From assembly GCF_006345805.1 (NCBI RefSeq), contig NC_043005.1, positions 6,138,001 to 6,202,000 on the forward strand: 64,000 nt of DNA, given 5' to 3'. Position 1 is the stretch's first letter. Every line of letters starts with the position of its first letter. The position numbers and the translations under genes were made by a program. Origin of the DNA: Octopus sinensis. Its lineage: Eukaryota. Of the stretch, positions 63,496 to 64,000 are shown in pieces. The notes under the pieces are model-generated. The model was not told the DNA's origin. It searched no databases and was given only the letters and a program-made list of their open reading frames with translations.

Positions 63496-64000
63496 TAATA
63501 ATAATCACCAACATGCATGAAAACCTAATTTTATTTGTTACTTCTGAGAGTATCTTTTTGTTATTTTTCCTTAGCTGCACCCCCATCCCCTGCCTATACC
63601 CAGGAATAACAAAAAAAAACAAACTAAAAACTTAAAGAAAACAACCCAGATATGTAGAATTCACTTAAATAACAAGTGCAGAAGAATTTAGTCTGCGACA
63701 AATGATGTTGGAACCAGATGGAATAGAAAGATTGGAAGAAGAACAGCAAAAATTCAAGTTACACTAATACAATGGAAAAGAGATTCTGACAAACTACAGC
63801 ACATAGAACCATCACATTTATTATCTGTGCCATCGTCAATATTATTTTTATTATCATTAATACTATTATTATTGTTGCTGTTGTTGTTATTATAATTAAG
63901 GTTGTGAGCAGGCAGGATTGTTAGCACAGCAGGTAAAATGCCTAGTGGTATTTCGTCCGTCTTTACGTTCTGAGTTCAAATTCTTTCGGGGTCGATAAAT

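Noticed and set aside
45853-64000. Further upstream integrin exons or a second gene
   Set aside because: No blade-3 GAPG..YWQG-type exon or other convincing coding exon found by eye; treated as intron, though a small exon could have been missed.

Overview
AT-rich, microsatellite- and SINE-dense eukaryotic DNA; the repeat repertoire points to an octopus/coleoid genome (inference). The window lies inside one minus-strand integrin alpha-subunit gene. I assembled 19 phase-consistent GT-AG exons (45852 down to 140; 1639 nt, 545 full codons) covering the end of beta-propeller blade 3, blades 4-7, thigh, genu and calf-1. The 5' and 3' exons lie outside the window. Introns hold several SINE families, CR1/RTE/HERO-type LINE fragments, a DD37D Tc1/mariner relic, and hAT- and piggyBac-type MITEs. 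The most interesting signal is about a dozen intact or decayed minimal type I hammerhead-ribozyme motifs in small non-coding elements, often flanked by (TA)n and arranged as direct/inverted repeats (Penelope-like/retrozyme architecture). The best is a 363-nt-period element with an intact U3-A8 variant hammerhead, sense to the integrin pre-mRNA. The protein has a furin-type KRKKR loop in the thigh and lacks both cysteines of one usual thigh disulfide. All family assignments come from motif recognition, not database searches.
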